A stretch of 64,000 nt of DNA. Origin: Phoronis australis (lineage: Eukaryota > Animalia > Phoronida). Within the stretch, counting starts at the first letter, position 1, and every line of letters starts with the position of its first letter. This document shows, in pieces, positions 13,991-28,800 of this stretch. Where the stretch lies: positions 280,071 through 344,070 of the forward strand of contig NMRA01000163.1 of the NCBI GenBank assembly GCA_002633005.1, read 5' to 3'. A model generated the notes under the pieces. The model was given only the letters and a program-made list of their open reading frames with translations, had not been told where the DNA came from and did not search any database. Made by a program: the position numbers and the translations under genes.

Positions 13991-15360
13991 AAAGAAATAT
14001 GAACAAAAGCCAATTCTTGAACTTCTAATGGATTGTCGCTCATTTTAGCGCGAACAGAAGATACTGGGTTTTTGAATTTTGTTTTTAAGGCATCCAATGA
14101 TGGCCTCTGGGGTTATGTCTGTTTGATTACTTTTCCTTCATGCGAATACTCATTTTGGTGATAAAGAATACAACTGCAACCACATAAACTGTCACCGCAA
14201 AATATGAGCTGCGAAAATGTTTTATTTAGAAGAAGGATGAAGAGACACATAGTTGGATTTAGTGAGACCCCATGTGGCCCGTCCCCATTTACGGATACTA
14301 ACAATGCCGTCGGCAAGCCATCTTTATATCCATGGTAACACTTTCCATTTGAAAATTGTGCCAAGCTCTCTTTCCACTACGAGTACACCTACAGGTATAA
14401 CTGCCAGCAGATGATCGCCGGTATAAAAAATTCAATTTCATTCTAGATCTATTAATGTTACTATGTTTAACGTTCTCTCCCACAGAATTACTTGGTAATC
14501 ATAATCGATCTCAGCAGTCATTTCACATTACCTAACTCTTGAGCAATCAAGGGTGTACAAAACGACGTTTGCTGTAAGTTATAGTTGTGATTAATAACCT
14601 CTAGTGGTGTCACTAGAGAACTCTCCTTTTGAGTTCTCGGAAATCGTGGTAGTTCCCAGTCAACAGACAACCGTGTACAAACCACTTGTTTAAACTGCAA
14701 GCGTTCCTTGAGTGGGGGATCGATCCAGAGATCGATTAGTTGTGTACATCTCCACTCTTCTCATTTACTACGTTTTGCCTTTGGAAATGTTCGTAATAAA
14801 ATTTCTGTTAATAACTAATACAAGACCGCGTGCATGGCACAATCTGATTGAGGAAATTGCTTGATGTAAATTCAATATACGAATGTGGAACAATTATTTT
14901 TGATTCATAGTGCGCTGTTACATTACTTTGCTTTAGACTTTTTCCGTTTCATTACCATGATAAACATGCCGCAGATTCCGCTGATAAAGGTCACGTAGTA
15001 ACTGGTACCGGAACTTTCCGACAGTACGCTCCAAGATGTACACTGTACATTCGGAAAATGACATATTTTTACATTTCTTTTACCCCGAATGTAAAGCCGG
15101 ACGCACATTAAAAAATAGGCTTATAAACAATATGTCATAATGTATGTTACAATGAATGTGTTTACTATTTGCAAATCTGACAGGCCTAAAACGATTGATT
15201 GGTTACAAGGAATATTTTACTCACTGGACAGACTATTGTCAACAAGGAAAAATAGTTCGTGGTTTACAGCACTTTTAAAATTATTCACTACCGGTGACAG
15301 ACAGTGAAACGGCCATTCCTGTTAGTCTGATTGTTGTGTTTGCAAGGTGATTATCAGAAA

Positions 15361-15765
15361 CAGGGCCCGGTCTCTAATCTTTGTACTCGAAACGAACTCG
15401 AAACTATTTTTGGCAATTTCTCTGCTCCTTTTGTGCGAACTGAAGATAACTGGTTATCAGACTGTGCTCGAATACATTATAGTTTATGCATAGGAGTTTC
15501 TAGTTCAAGTTTGCCCTTGAAAACCCTTATATTCGTGCTACAAACTTGAGAAAAACTCGAAATTTCGAGTTCAAACTCGAACTTATTGCTTTAATATTGG
15601 GTTTACAAACTGTGAACTAAAGGCAATAAATTATCTACGTAAGTTATTGTGTACTCGAGCATAGAATAATAGACACTTATCTTGAGTTCGCCCAAAAATA
15701 GAGTAGAAAATGCTAAACCTAATTTCGAGTTCCATTTCGAGTAAAAGATTGGAGACCGGGCCCTG
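15361..15765. mobile_element. MITE, PIF/Harbinger-like, ~45-bp TIR
   Basis: CAGGGCCCGGTCTCTAATCTTTGTACTCGAAACGAACTCGAAA at the left; its near-perfect reverse complement ends ...GGAGACCGGGCCCTG at the right. No coding capacity. Confidence 0.8.
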
Positions 15766-17135
15766 GTCTTTCACCAGCTCATTTTCACCACATCCATAAC
15801 ACCGAACTTCAAGACATTGATGGGTGAGATTCCAACTGACCCACACAGGTATGTGAGTATCTCTGAACATCCATTGATCTTGGATACTTCCCACTTGTTC
15901 ACAGAAACAAAAAACACTCGCGAAATTTCATGTAAGAGTCCCACTGTCTCAGGCAAAATTTGAATTCTGTTGTCCGAAAAATTCAAAAATATCATACTTT
16001 ACTTCAAGTTAGAACGTCTTTCAAAATTATGTTTACCAAATAAGACTACACCTCCAGAGCGCGTTGTGATTTAACACCCTCTCCAAGCCTACAAAAGTGA
16101 GCAATTTACTAATTGCAAGAAAATTTGTGTGAAAAACAGTCAGAATCAATTAGAAGCTGGTCACACTTTAAGTCCACTTCATTCAATCATTAAGTTTAAA
16201 AGAGCAATTAAGGCCGCGTTCATGCCAGGAAAATATTGGCTCGAGAATGCATCTATAGACTGCATAAAAATCACAATGAATCGGTCACGGATCTGTATCA
16301 GTTCGTATCATAAATAATAATATATTTAATTTGTTAGACATTTGAAAATTTTGCATCAAAATTTAACTCAAAGAGTGCTTCCGACAGCATGGCGAAATGC
16401 CATCACTCAATGTGTTCAAGTTATACCTTGAACGGCAGTATATGTAAACTAAATTCGTACAATCTGTTAAAAACATCACTCCGGCCACACAGGAGTCATA
16501 ACTTGGCAACTGTAAAGAAGCTACTGGGCTTTTAACCTAACTATAATTTGCTACACAACGAGATTCCTCACTTACATATAATTCAAACAGCTATGAACAA
16601 CAGCTGCACACATTGATATCGTATTTAATATACTTTGGTACCCGAGGGATATGCTTAATTTTACCGCTGGTAACGTCGAATCTTCAAAACTGTTGGTATC
16701 AGGTGTTCTTTATTGTTTCACAATATCTCACATACCACTTGACATGCCTGTGCTTGAGAATTTCAACATGTTTTTTCGATGTTAAAACATTGACAGGATT
16801 ATCTGAATAGTATAGTCCAGTACGTCTAGAATAACAAAAAATCTTTCTAGGAAGGTTGTGAGACGTGCACCGTATGTGTTTCTATTTTTTAAGCACATAG
16901 AATCTGATGAATTTTCTGCTGCCCTAAATTACACAGTAAAATGAATGCGTTAATCCCGTATACAAGATGATGAACCAATACGTACCCACACGTGGAATAT
17001 GACGATTCACTGCGTTGCTTATTGCTTTAGGAACAAGATTCTTGATTTAAATTCATCAAGAGGTGATAAGAAGGAATTAATTATGTTTAATACCTTGAAG
17101 AAGACTAATCGTGTTTACACTTCCATGGCATTTCC

Positions 17136-17329
17136 CATGCGCGCACCCGGGGGGGGGCGCTCGGGGGGCTCGAACGAGCCCCCCACCATTCGGTGAAGTG
17201 AGTAAAAAGGTCCGCCTGAAAGAAACAAAAAGTCCGAGAAAACGAGACAAAAGTCCACTAGGCGCAGAAGCACAGTTCACAGACCTGAGAGATTCGAACC
17301 CCCCATATTAAACGCTGGGTGCCCGCATG
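17136..17329. mobile_element. GC-rich non-autonomous DNA element, CATG termini, 5-bp TSD
   Basis: TTTCC|CATGCGCGCACCC...GGGTGCCCGCATG|TTTCC, with an internal G-run/C-run hairpin. Confidence 0.75.
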
Positions 17330-20300
17330 TTTCCAGGAGAATTGCGTGATCAATTTCGTTCAGTAAACTGATTTATTTGTATGCCATTCCAGTGCACACG
17401 GAGCACGTGACGGCTCACGCGCCGAATTTCACAGGAAAATGTAACCATACTCTGGAAGCAGAGCGTGATTCTCAAGGACAGAATTTGGCGTTGTACTGAA
17501 GGGTCGGTACACTTTAAGACACCCTGTATTACATTGAACGAAAAAAATATAAGAACTAGTTTACAAGTTTGTCACAGCAACGACGATGCATTATTGTGAA
17601 ACATATGAAACAAAGTACACATATGTTCTCGGTACACGCTTGACAAACAACTGATTCGTGTAAATTGCTAGTTGCTTACACAGTTTGAAAACGTATTTAA
17701 AAAGCAATCACGTGAACGTTGTTTTTTATGCAAAATCCTGAAAAACATATTCCCAGAAGTGTATGATTCACTGCCTTTGTTGACTCGAATCCAGAATTCG
17801 ATAGCGTTGTCTCTCTGTATAAGCCCACCGGTCATCACATTTTTAGTACAGTATGCAGCATATGGTTCGTAAAAATACGAAAACTGTTTGGATCTTTTTA
17901 CAGTTCACTTCAGACAAAACACGTTTCAATAGGGCACGTGATTATTGAGATAATTTCCGGTAGTGGGATAATGCCTCAGTGCCAAATAGCTGTACGGTCA
18001 TCCTCCACCGTCGTGGATCTCAAACGTTTATTGCTAAACGCCAGCGCTATCCGGAACACCTTGGGTATTTTCTTAACATCAAACTCCACCTCGAAGGTGA
18101 ATTTTAGTTGCGCATGGGCGGACGTCATACAGCCAACCAATTCCACTTTGAAAATCACATAACTTGCCCTATGACTGAAGTTTGTGCTCTGATCACGTTC
18201 ATCTCCTAGGGAAAATTTGATATTCATGTATGTAACAAATTTCCCTATGGCCCTCCGTGATTTTGTGGCCCATGCTGCATGGTAATAGCTTCCGTGAAAT
18301 AGCATCGATAACACATGGAGAACAATAAGAACTGCGTTTCATCATCAAAAGCAATCAACGACTTAATCATTTTATACCGTTAACGAGATTAATCGGATTA
18401 CTCAGTCTTCGAGGGAATTTACCTGAAAGTATGGCGTGACTTGTTTGGTATGAAATTTGGAGTTTATATTGGGCAACCAACAAATACGTACCGAGATCGA
18501 CTGGGTACTGCAAGAAGTACGAGTGAAAGCAAGACTGTTGCGGAACTATTACGTTTTCAAACGGCAGTAATTGATGTTTTACAATTTTACAACACAAATA
18601 GGCCAGGCATGCCTTCTTCAGGCATTACTGACTGTGGATTTTCGCGGAAAGGAATGAATCTTCCCCACCTGCAGTAGTAGCGGAGACTCGCACTCCAGTA
18701 TACGAAGGACAGTCCTGTCTGGTGCGAAATCGAAGTCGGGAGGGGGTAAGTATCCTTAGATGACTCCTAGTCCTCGGGGGTCTTGCTTGAAAGATGTTCA
18801 GTCTATTTTCATTCGAAGTACATTTTCTGTTTAACATGTATATTTAGACTTTTGGTCTGACTGGAGCACAATTTTGAGAGCAGAGCAATCTGCGTTTTCA
18901 TACACGCACATCCTTCTGGCGAATCGATACGTAGACGTCCGAAAGGTTTGCTGCCGCCGATGTCCTCTAACATCGTATAGGTACAAAATTTAAAGCAAGA
19001 AACGAAGTTGAAAGATGTTTTGGAAAGGTTCCAATATGCATTGAAGGATTCACTTCTGAACGGAAAATGCTTTTTGCGCAGGCCATGGACTTAGACATCT
19101 GCAGTTTTCGCCGTTCCTGTATATTTGGACGCTGTTGGTGTGACTTGCTTAATAAGAGACTACCCAACCTACTGAGAGGTTCACTGCGCGTGACTGAAAG
19201 CTGAAGTGAGGTTGAGACGGTCACTTCCATGACCCACACCGTTTGTCGTTCTGAAGCTCCTACAAGACGATTGTTGTCTCAGGTGACGATGAAGCCTTTT
19301 CCGTCGCGATATCTACATCATTTTCGTTGATGGATAGAGATTATCAGGAACCTTGTCATGTAAATTAGGGTCATTGCAGAGAATCCCTTACACCCCACTT
19401 CGATTGGGAAAAGTCAGGTGCTCCAGAAACTGGGGTTGTAGTCTTCATGGTGTTCTTCTTACTTAAAGTATTTTCGCTCGTATGCTTCACCACCGCCATT
19501 ATTCCATGGTTTAATCAACTAGATGATGACTATCTGTCGGACAATTTATAGCCTCAGCGGAGTCTTAGAGTATCATCTTATTGCTTTTCTGCCCTTTCGT
19601 GTCGAAGAGAAAACGAACGATTAAGGTGTGCAGTTAAGAAATTAAAGTAGTCTATCTCATGCAATATCTTCCAAGAGGTTTGCTGCAAAATCTGCATTTT
19701 TACTCTGACAACTTAAAACTTCCTGAAGATCACTCGCAACTTCAGATCATATGGTCACATGTACATGTATCACCGCCAAATGCAACATACTGCATTCTGT
19801 CCTAACGGTCCAAGGTTGTGGAAATCTCTTTAAACGACAGCTGTTAGACCACCAGACTTTCAGACGATTGAACGTGTCCCTGTAGGCCACATTGAAAATG
19901 AGCATTAAATAACGCGAAGTAGCTTTTTCGTACCACATTACGTCTCCGCCAAAACAGAGAAACAATGAACTGTCGATATAATTTTTGTCGATGGTCACGG
20001 TAGACAGGTATTTGCCGCGGACATTCAATATCACTCAAATGTGAGCGGGGTAGCATTACGTAGACCAAGTCTGTTGTGAGAAAAGCAAAATCTCGCGAAA
20101 TCATGAAACTGGAAGGCGAATGTTTCGTGAGTATGATTGGGACGTTATTAGCATATCCTATAGACCTCTTAAGTAATTGGTAGGTGTGGTTGGAATGTCC
20201 AGTTATGGGATTAAATTCCTAAATTATGGGATAGAAATCAGCGTTTCCGTTTCAGAAGCGAAGATATTTCGCCGCAAGTGTAAGTTCGTGTCTTGGGTTC

Positions 20301-20658
20301 CACGATACGCAACCTGGGTATGTTAATAATGGAAATAATGGAAAATTCTAGTAATACCGCCAACGAAAGTCAGGTACTAAGCTTGTATGTTCATTACATT
20401 TGCCGTGTTATCTTACACAGGTGATCATACGGCCGTGAAATAAATGTTTTATCAGACCGTGAAATACGTCAGAACTAGTTTTCTCAAGAGAAGATAACCG
20501 TTATCATCTCTAGAGAAAAATAAGGCCTGGCAAAGCCGTGAGGTTTACGGTATTTAGCGGGCTAATTCCATAAGAATTTCTGTCGTTGTTTTAACTCATG
20601 TTGTTATATGCATGAATATCGCTCACGTCCCCCACTTCTGTAATGGTGTTAGTATCAC

Positions 20659-20694
20659 CAAGGAGTGTATTAGAGTACTATACTACACTCCTTG
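20659..20694. mobile_element. 36-bp palindromic micro-element with 7-bp TSD
   Basis: GTATCAC|CAAGGAGTGTA...TACACTCCTTG|GTATCAC. Confidence 0.85.
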
Positions 20695-22180
20695 GTATCA
20701 CTATATAAAATAATTGAAAAACACCTTTAAAATGTCAAATGAACCACATCATCCCACATATCCGTCAAATACAGTACCATCTAAACTTTCGATTTAACAA
20801 AATCGATGAAAATTGAGATGACAGCAATGTTTTCACACATACACAACCTTAACGATACCGCAACCTCATCTGGCCAAATAGGAATGAATGAGTCGTTGCT
20901 GTGGTAACCATATCACTACGCCAAACACCAGAGGTTCCTAACTCTGATATATTTAGTCAATATAACCAAATAAAATCGTTAATAGTTGTAACAAGTGTTG
21001 TAATTTGATATCCTTTTATTAATTCAATGAAATTTTCCAAAGGATTCTCTTCGATAACACAGCGTCTTGTTCTGATTGTCTGCTCAACCTACTGCCTGTC
21101 TGGTACCGGGGTAGTACAAGTTAAGCTATGCCAGATAATTTGTTATTTCATGTTAAATTTGTTCCATATGTTGATTAGTTTATAATTGCTGGTATTGCAC
21201 ATGGAATAAGCACACACTTTATGAGTTCAAATTTCTTTACAATTCCGCAACGACATATAAACAGGTGCTGTCGCTTAGTCCTCTGAATAATCGTGTAAAT
21301 GCGCGTCTTAAAATTAGTTCACGCGATATGTATGATAAATACAATTGTATGTTATAAAACGCACGTGGTGATACTTGTGGGTTATTATAACTCGATAGGT
21401 GATATTCAAGCCGTACGTTATATAGCATAATATTAATTACTTCAGTGTGATGTTTTTAAGATTTTGCAGGTACTAAATTTATATGTTTACCGCTCAAGAT
21501 GGGCATTAAGAATAGAATCTATTAGTGAGCCTGAAAAAACATAATCCTTGTACAGGAAACGCAAAGTTTTAGAATAGCTCTTCTTCAGTCTGCATCGCAT
21601 TGTGGCGATCAATTATTTGTCAGATATCCGTGTATTCATATCGCGTAACCCAATTCACCCTGATAAGAACTATATTCTCATGAAGTATGTGTTGACAATT
21701 TGGCGTGCCATTTATCTGACTTTTGTTTGTGTTTTTGCTTGTAAGGAGTGTCGATCTTCAATAAACGCCAGTTTCGTAGTAGTCTTTACGACTGAAATTT
21801 TACTCGTTGGCAACAATACTCGATTCAAACGGAATAGTGATCGATACACCACTCAAACTTACTAACGTAGTCACGTCACAGGTGCGTTCCGACCGACTTT
21901 CTTCGCTTTAGTCGTGAATTATTGAAAAGATTCTATAAGCCATTTTAAAGGCTTATCTGTAATCCATTATCAATAAGCTAAGGGGATATTCACCGATTAG
22001 CTGAGATTAAAATGCACCTCACTTCTATGACCTACACCTGTACGTTAAGTTGCGTAATGTTTTCCAGGGGGTTTGACGGTTTTATTTTTTCTTTTAGTCT
22101 TTATATACTACTAATTAATAAATGTCGTAAAACAACGCTTGCTTTGCGGCTTTTTGGAAAACTGTGTTGAACCCCCTAGA

Positions 22181-22571
22181 TGTTATGTAGGACCTTATCG
22201 ACATGTCTGTGTAAATTTAGCCAAATGTCTACAAAACTACAGATTTTATCGCAGTAAATTTATACAGTTCTTTGACAGTGGAAAGCCTGACTTTTTAATA
22301 CTCCGTCGCTCATTGGGTGAAATAAGTGTTCAAGACGAGATCTAAAAAATTCGCTTTCATTTTACATAGCTTTTTATCTTCTCACGAAAAGCATCATAAG
22401 ATGCCTATTTTTGATAGCCCCGCATGCAAAATTAGAACATTTTAAAAGCAACAGCGTAGTGGAGAACGGCGTATAAAGCACCGTATACGAAATTTTCATT
22501 TGAACCTGATCAGCCATTTCTGAGTTTCCTGAACTGGACAAATTTGGCAATTTTTAGGGTCCTACATGACC
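22181..22571. mobile_element. Kolobok-like non-autonomous element (TTAA end)
   Basis: GTTATGTAGGACC...GGTCCTACATGACC|TTAA. A related terminus GTCGATAAGGTCCTACATGACCTTAA lies at about 44331-44356. Confidence 0.55.
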
Positions 22572-25500
22572 TTAAGAACGAGTTTTGTGGCGTGAACGAA
22601 ATGCCACAAATCATCTACCCTTGTCCTGAAGGTTCATGACATTGTGCTGGGGAATTACCCTGTGTGTTATATGTGCGCGCGAGTTACGACATCTGTTGCA
22701 AGGATCATCCTGATGTAGACTTTTTGTTTTAACATTTAAAATTGTTTATGAATATAACTGCAAATGAGTTGGCATGAAATTTGATAAAATATATAAACTT
22801 TCCAGTTACTGATATATGCAGCTGATCTCGCATAAGTGTACAACGTCAGTTTTCTTAGCCGAGTAAAAGATCATTGAATTTATGCAACTTTTTACTGTTT
22901 TTAGAAAGTATAGTCACCCAGGAGACGATGCAGCTTAGTGCCTATGTCTTATTCGGTTGAATGTTTGAAATATGACTTTTGTTCTGAGACCCTCGTCGCT
23001 TTGCTAATTATGCTCAGAAAAGCTACAGTAATTGAGTGGTAATGGGTGACCAAAACATCTCAAATTCGGTAATTTTCCATGGAAGGAAATGAGAAGAATA
23101 GTTTGATTAAAATATTCAAAACAAACAGGAATAGCTGGTAGTTTATAAATTAAACACAAACCTTTTTTGCATTTTGCTCAAATCAGTTTTGTTGTCAGAA
23201 AAAATGAAAGCGAAGGATTTTCATAACTTTGGTATAGATCGTTTTCACCAAGAGTAGAAAATAATGATGTATCCTTAGTCGTAGCTTTGACCCCCTCCCC
23301 ATTGCCGCATCCGCACCCGCCTCCGCATCCCACTTCTGTCGCTGTACTCCCTGGCGAATCACGCCTTCGCGTTCCCTTTGAACGTGAAGCCGAATCTCTC
23401 TGTTGATGATTCTCGCAACGCTACTCTAATTGCAGTCAGACGCGCAGGTCTCAAGGGATGACCCATTGCACTGAACACGTGATTGAAATTAGTAAGAACT
23501 GTAATTAGGTTATCAAGTTCTTTTTGAGAGAGTTTTCGAGTCATATTAATATCAAGGCTATGAGACTTTTAAGGGGGCTTCATTGTATTGGAATCCAAAT
23601 TGCCTAGTAATCATGCCGTGCCGTCTACTCCGTGCTCAAAACGGGAAATAAAAATACACGCTGGCGACTTCACTTAAGAGAGATAACGGAAGGCCGAAGA
23701 AAGCAGAAACTCCGGAACATTTCAAATTTGCTACGAAAATGCCTTCGCCTAATGCACTATTTGCATTAAATTGTGTTTGATGACATTATAATACGTGATG
23801 TGTTTGCCACAGACAATACGTTGCAGGATTAGTTTACTCAATAAAAATCGATTTTATCAAGTTGTAAATAGATTCAGATGTCAGTGACTACGCATATTGT
23901 TAAACCAGTGGTGGATTTCTTGAACTAGGCTCGTTTTTCACATGACATCATTTTTGCTCTTAATGGATATTAAAAAGCTTACCAAGAATCTATTATGTTT
24001 CTTGAACAAATACTTGCGAAAGAGTAACTTTTCACGGGTCCCTTTTTCCGAGTTCATTCTCTAAATGTGTGAGTACCCCCCCCCCTCCCGGCGTCACCTG
24101 TTTAACCAACCTCACAAAATGCGATGTCTTGATAATTAATCTCCTCGTGACAAGTGTCACATTGATGAATGCATCCGAGACACGTAACCTGTCTGTAAAT
24201 GCAGCGTAAGTAACTACAACCACGGGGCTACAAGTGGAAACCTCACAAGTTGTCCTAAATTTAGGAAATCAAAGCCCTGGCGTTGGTATTGTAGTTGCAA
24301 TGACTAAAGAAGCCAAAAATACTGCGTGTCCTTTTGGCCAACTTGAAGAAATGGATCGATTCGCGTTGTCCGTTTACAATATTTACCGACAATTCCGCAT
24401 GTTCTTGACCAGGTTGCGACAAGTTTGATTTATGAGCCTGCTGCAAATTACGTCAACATGCAGGCACAACCTCGGCTTAAAGAAATCGGTGAGTTTCTCA
24501 CTGACTTGGGCAGTCGAAAATTCAACGAATTTGCGTGCGACATGGGGGAGCATTGAGAGCAACGATAATTATTTAAAGTGGATTGTTTGTTGGGGACTTG
24601 TAGTAGCGCTATAAAGCAGATTTCTATTTATTGGGGCAGTGAATATCTGTGAATGTCACGTAAATTAGGTAATTATTTTATAACTCAGTTCTGTTTCGTA
24701 ACACCGGTTTAGGTAGATCACGGCAAATTTATTCGAAAATTTGACCAACCAATCTGTAAAGTGGCAGCCACAGTGCGGAAACTACTGTGTATCTTTTAAT
24801 TAGTGCGGTTCCGGGTGAGTTTCGTATAGACGCAAGACACTAGTGGAGAGATGATTGCGTGTTCTTTTTTGTTAATTTTGTCGACCAGCTTTTCGTCATC
24901 ATCTAGACAAGATTTTTTGTTTGAAAACCCGCTTAATGTCTTTATTGCCTGGTACAGTCAAATGGAACTAACATGTGTGCGGCATAGGGAAAAGGAGCAC
25001 GCGTCTCTAGCTGGCTCAGGCTAGAGTCGGTGGTCACTGTCTAGGAGCACGTATGAAGACACCAAAAATAGGATTGTCCGTTGTGGATTTTAAGTAGCGG
25101 CATTTAATGGCAGATTTTGATAATTTTCTGCTGTGAATGTTTCTGAATGTCGCGTGAATAGAACAGGTAGTGATTCTCTTGTAATCCAGGTATATTCCAG
25201 TACATGTGGGAACTATTGGTTGCAGTCAGTCTGTAATCACTTGCTTCGTTTGGAAGGCATGGCGATATACATGTATCTTAAATTCTTCCAAGGTGTTATT
25301 TTCGCAAATGTGTTGCATGAATGGAGGGTAGCTCTGAGTCCTATGGGCGTGACATCGTTACAAGTGATTACCGATTAATGAAGAACAAACACAATGCTCA
25401 CTAAAAATTCTTTGTATACAAAATTTGCAGTGAACTGATTCAGCGATTTGGTTCTTTAAAGCTACTACTGTCAATAAATTTAACACAGTGACTGCTTCCG

Positions 25501-25733
25501 TTATGAAATTAGTCTCCCTTATTCAGATTATTACCCATTTCTGTACTTGGGAGACCCTAGTTGCTTGAGACCCGGCTCAAGGAAAGTTGGCTTGACCCGG
25601 CGGATTAATTTGTGCGCTGATCATGGCTCCAAACATCAAGAAACTTTCAGTTCTTCAGAAATTGCTTCTAATTTGAGTATCATACGGTGGCCTGCATACA
25701 GTGAATGAAAATTGTTATACTTTTTTCTGCTTT

Positions 25734-25830
25734 CCACCCCGGTGAAAAGTGACTTTCCCCCTGGGTTAAAAAGAATACTTTCCAAACGGGTGAAAAGTAT
25801 TTTCCAAGCCGATGAAAAGTGACTTTCCAG
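25734..25830. repeat. Clustered ~21-bp GGTGAAAAGT.ACTTTCC repeats (subterminal repeats of a DNA element)
   Basis: About 4 degenerate copies here, with similar clusters at about 26080-26160 and 28930-29015. Confidence 0.6.
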
Positions 25831-28800
25831 CCGCATTCCGGGCTCGGCTGTCTATGATCTACAAAGAGTAATAAAACAAATATCATCTCAATCAAAACCA
25901 TAAAGCCTTTGTGTTTACTTACATGTACACAGAGCTCACAACCAACCGATTTCACTGACCATACATGTCAATTTCAAAAAAGGCCTATTGTGTGAACGAC
26001 ACCCATCATTTACAACCGTCAGCAAAATTCTAAGCCACTATGCGACTAATTACTCCCTCCAAGCCCAAAATGCGTATAAAAAATACTTTCCACTCGGGTG
26101 AAGAGTAACTACCATCCAAAAAGATGGTTGAAAAGATCTTTACACACGGGTGGAAAGTACTTGAACTACAGCATTATGTATCATATGATATTTTGGAACA
26201 GTCTGGTATCCAAGTTGAATGCACTCTTTCCCAATGCTACGAGTGGTACATATGTAAATTGATCATGGAACATAGCACCCAACCACGAGGTTGAGCTCCG
26301 ATTCATATGTTATTTGCTGACGCCAAACCACAATAAGGGAGCAAAATGTCATCTGCATACAGGATATGAAGTAATCTGTGATGTAGATTTTCAAATGTCA
26401 ATTCATAGAATTGTAAAGTATGTCACAAGTTTGCAACTGTAGCATGAAATCAAATAAAAAGTAATCATTTGTGTCTCATGTGCATAATTTAATAACCTGA
26501 AACCGGTTTACGTGGAAATTTGATTCGAAATTCTTTGTAACACACTAACATATTTTTGTGTAGTTTCTGTGGTTTTAAAACCGCTCCTTATTTCCCAATC
26601 AACACAGGTTTTGTTTCACGCAGCCTCCCCAGAATTGTTATACCTAGCCACTGATGGGTACAGCAAGCATGGTGATTGTCACGGCATATGAATACTTATA
26701 TGTGTCATCCCCCTACATTCTTTTCTGTATGGTTAAGAATGTATGTTTAAACGCCCCCCCCCCCTTCTGAATGAACACTTGAGCGTTTACTAACTGCTAC
26801 TGAACAGTAAACGCCGTCTTCCTTGTATATGCGCATTTGCAAAAAAAGTCTCGGTGGTCGATAAGGCTTCGCATACAGTATTTACTTATATTAGGTATGT
26901 ATAGTGTACATTGAGGCCATAAGACAGCTTGATTGGATCTCGCCTGCGCGCGGATCGGTTTCACTAAGACTTTAAAAACGCGACGTGTACCCCGATTTGG
27001 TGAAAGATTTTTAAAGCCACAGAAATGACAAACAATTCAATTTTGAATAAGTCGCTTGCAAAATTTTAAGAAAATGCCGCGTCTCTGTGTACCGTCGTGC
27101 TCTCACAACAGTTAATGATGGTTTAAAATAATTTTATGATTAAATTTAAACAGAATTGTAAGTGGCCGGAGATCTGGCTTGCATGTACGTGGTTTCGAGC
27201 CCTGGACGCCATGTGCATTGATGGAAAGTCACCCGCGTGCACCTTATAGCTGGTTTCACCCGAAGTTTTAAGTTCGAAAAAATTGATAATACACTTTACA
27301 TGTACATTTATTTACACACAACGTGACTTTAATACCCGAATATCCCGTTTCAAACAACGCCGAGTAAAGTTTTGTTTTGATTTGAAAAGTTGGAAACATT
27401 TTTCGGCTTGATGATACCAGAACTCAAGCGGAGCTCATTTACTATGGTTTTTAAGGACAGGTTCGTCTCAGCAAGCCCGTACTATATCAGTTTCAATTTG
27501 AGTGATTTTTGACATTTAAATAATGCCGCACCATAGCTCACTTTAAAAAGAAATACTTTCCTTTGATTCCCCAATCGCAAATCGTTTTATTTGTTACACC
27601 GATGGGCCCAATGTTATCATAACAATAGCTTCAAGGTTATATTATTTGTTTTAAAGGATAATATCACCCCAAAACAACCTGTTTTTATCAATTTAGATGG
27701 AGTAGTTCCACTCGATAACAGCAAGTTCAGTTGTTTTACCTGACACCTAACGGCAGACGGAGCTGATGAAATTAATCAATGACGTAATCGGTTCGAACGC
27801 AGTCTGTTCAGCCGTTCACAACACGCTTACTGGTGTCAACTTTCCGCTTGAATTCATCGTTTTACACCAATAAATCATCAAAATTCGATGTAAACATCTT
27901 ACAAATACAACGAGTTCTTAAACAAACATGTTGTTTAATTTCACTCTTACGGATTTATAGGTATTTGAACGTAACTTAGACTACAGACTGAGTTCGGTAG
28001 GCCAATTTACTAAGATGGTCGATCGCGAGAGTTTGGGTCTGTTTGGTGATGAATTCGAATCATTCTTCAGTGAAATACAGACGGGGGAATATAGCTGTGT
28101 GTTGTACTTTTAGACTTGCGATTTTTCAGTTCTTAATTCACAAAACGCTTGTTAATCCCCACCAGTGGCTCGGAACCCAGGTTAAACGAGATTGAAAGAA
28201 TATTAAAAAATGAATCCATGTGATATTGTTGATCGCGATTTTCTCGTATGATATGCCCCAATCGTACAAACTACATTTACGTCAACAAAATATCTGAAGA
28301 CAGGGCAAGGGTCTTTATCCGTCGAAGCAACTTCTTGCCACGTTATTGTCTATACGTAACCGTCGATACATTCGTGAATTGATACATCCGTGAATTGAAA
28401 AGTACAGGGGCTTCAACTTGGCGAGATGCCAAGAAAAGTTTGAGCCGGGGGTTGTTGTACCTCTGTCGTAATACCTTGCGGCGGAGTGGTATGTGAACTC
28501 TTTCAGGGTCCATGTTCAATAGTAAATGGACAGTTTCCTTGTCTTTCACGAATCTTGACTATACTTGTACTTTTATTAACTGTAGCCTAAACCTCGCCCA
28601 GAACCATAAAACTCCATCACTACCAGGTCATGAATTATTCCTGTGTCGTCGTTGATTGTACGTTGATTTTTTAAAATACGGCACGTGAGTGTCAGACAAT
28701 GAAGCAGATGCTGAGATAATCACTCTAAAAGTAAATTGTCTCCATGCAATTAAATAGCAGACAGAAACAGGCGGTGATCATTTTCATCTATCGTGGTTTA

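Noticed and set aside
17960-18140. hAT dimerisation-domain remnant (MTSAHAQ...KRLRSTTVEDD)
   Set aside because: Only a short partial motif match, too weak to call without a search.
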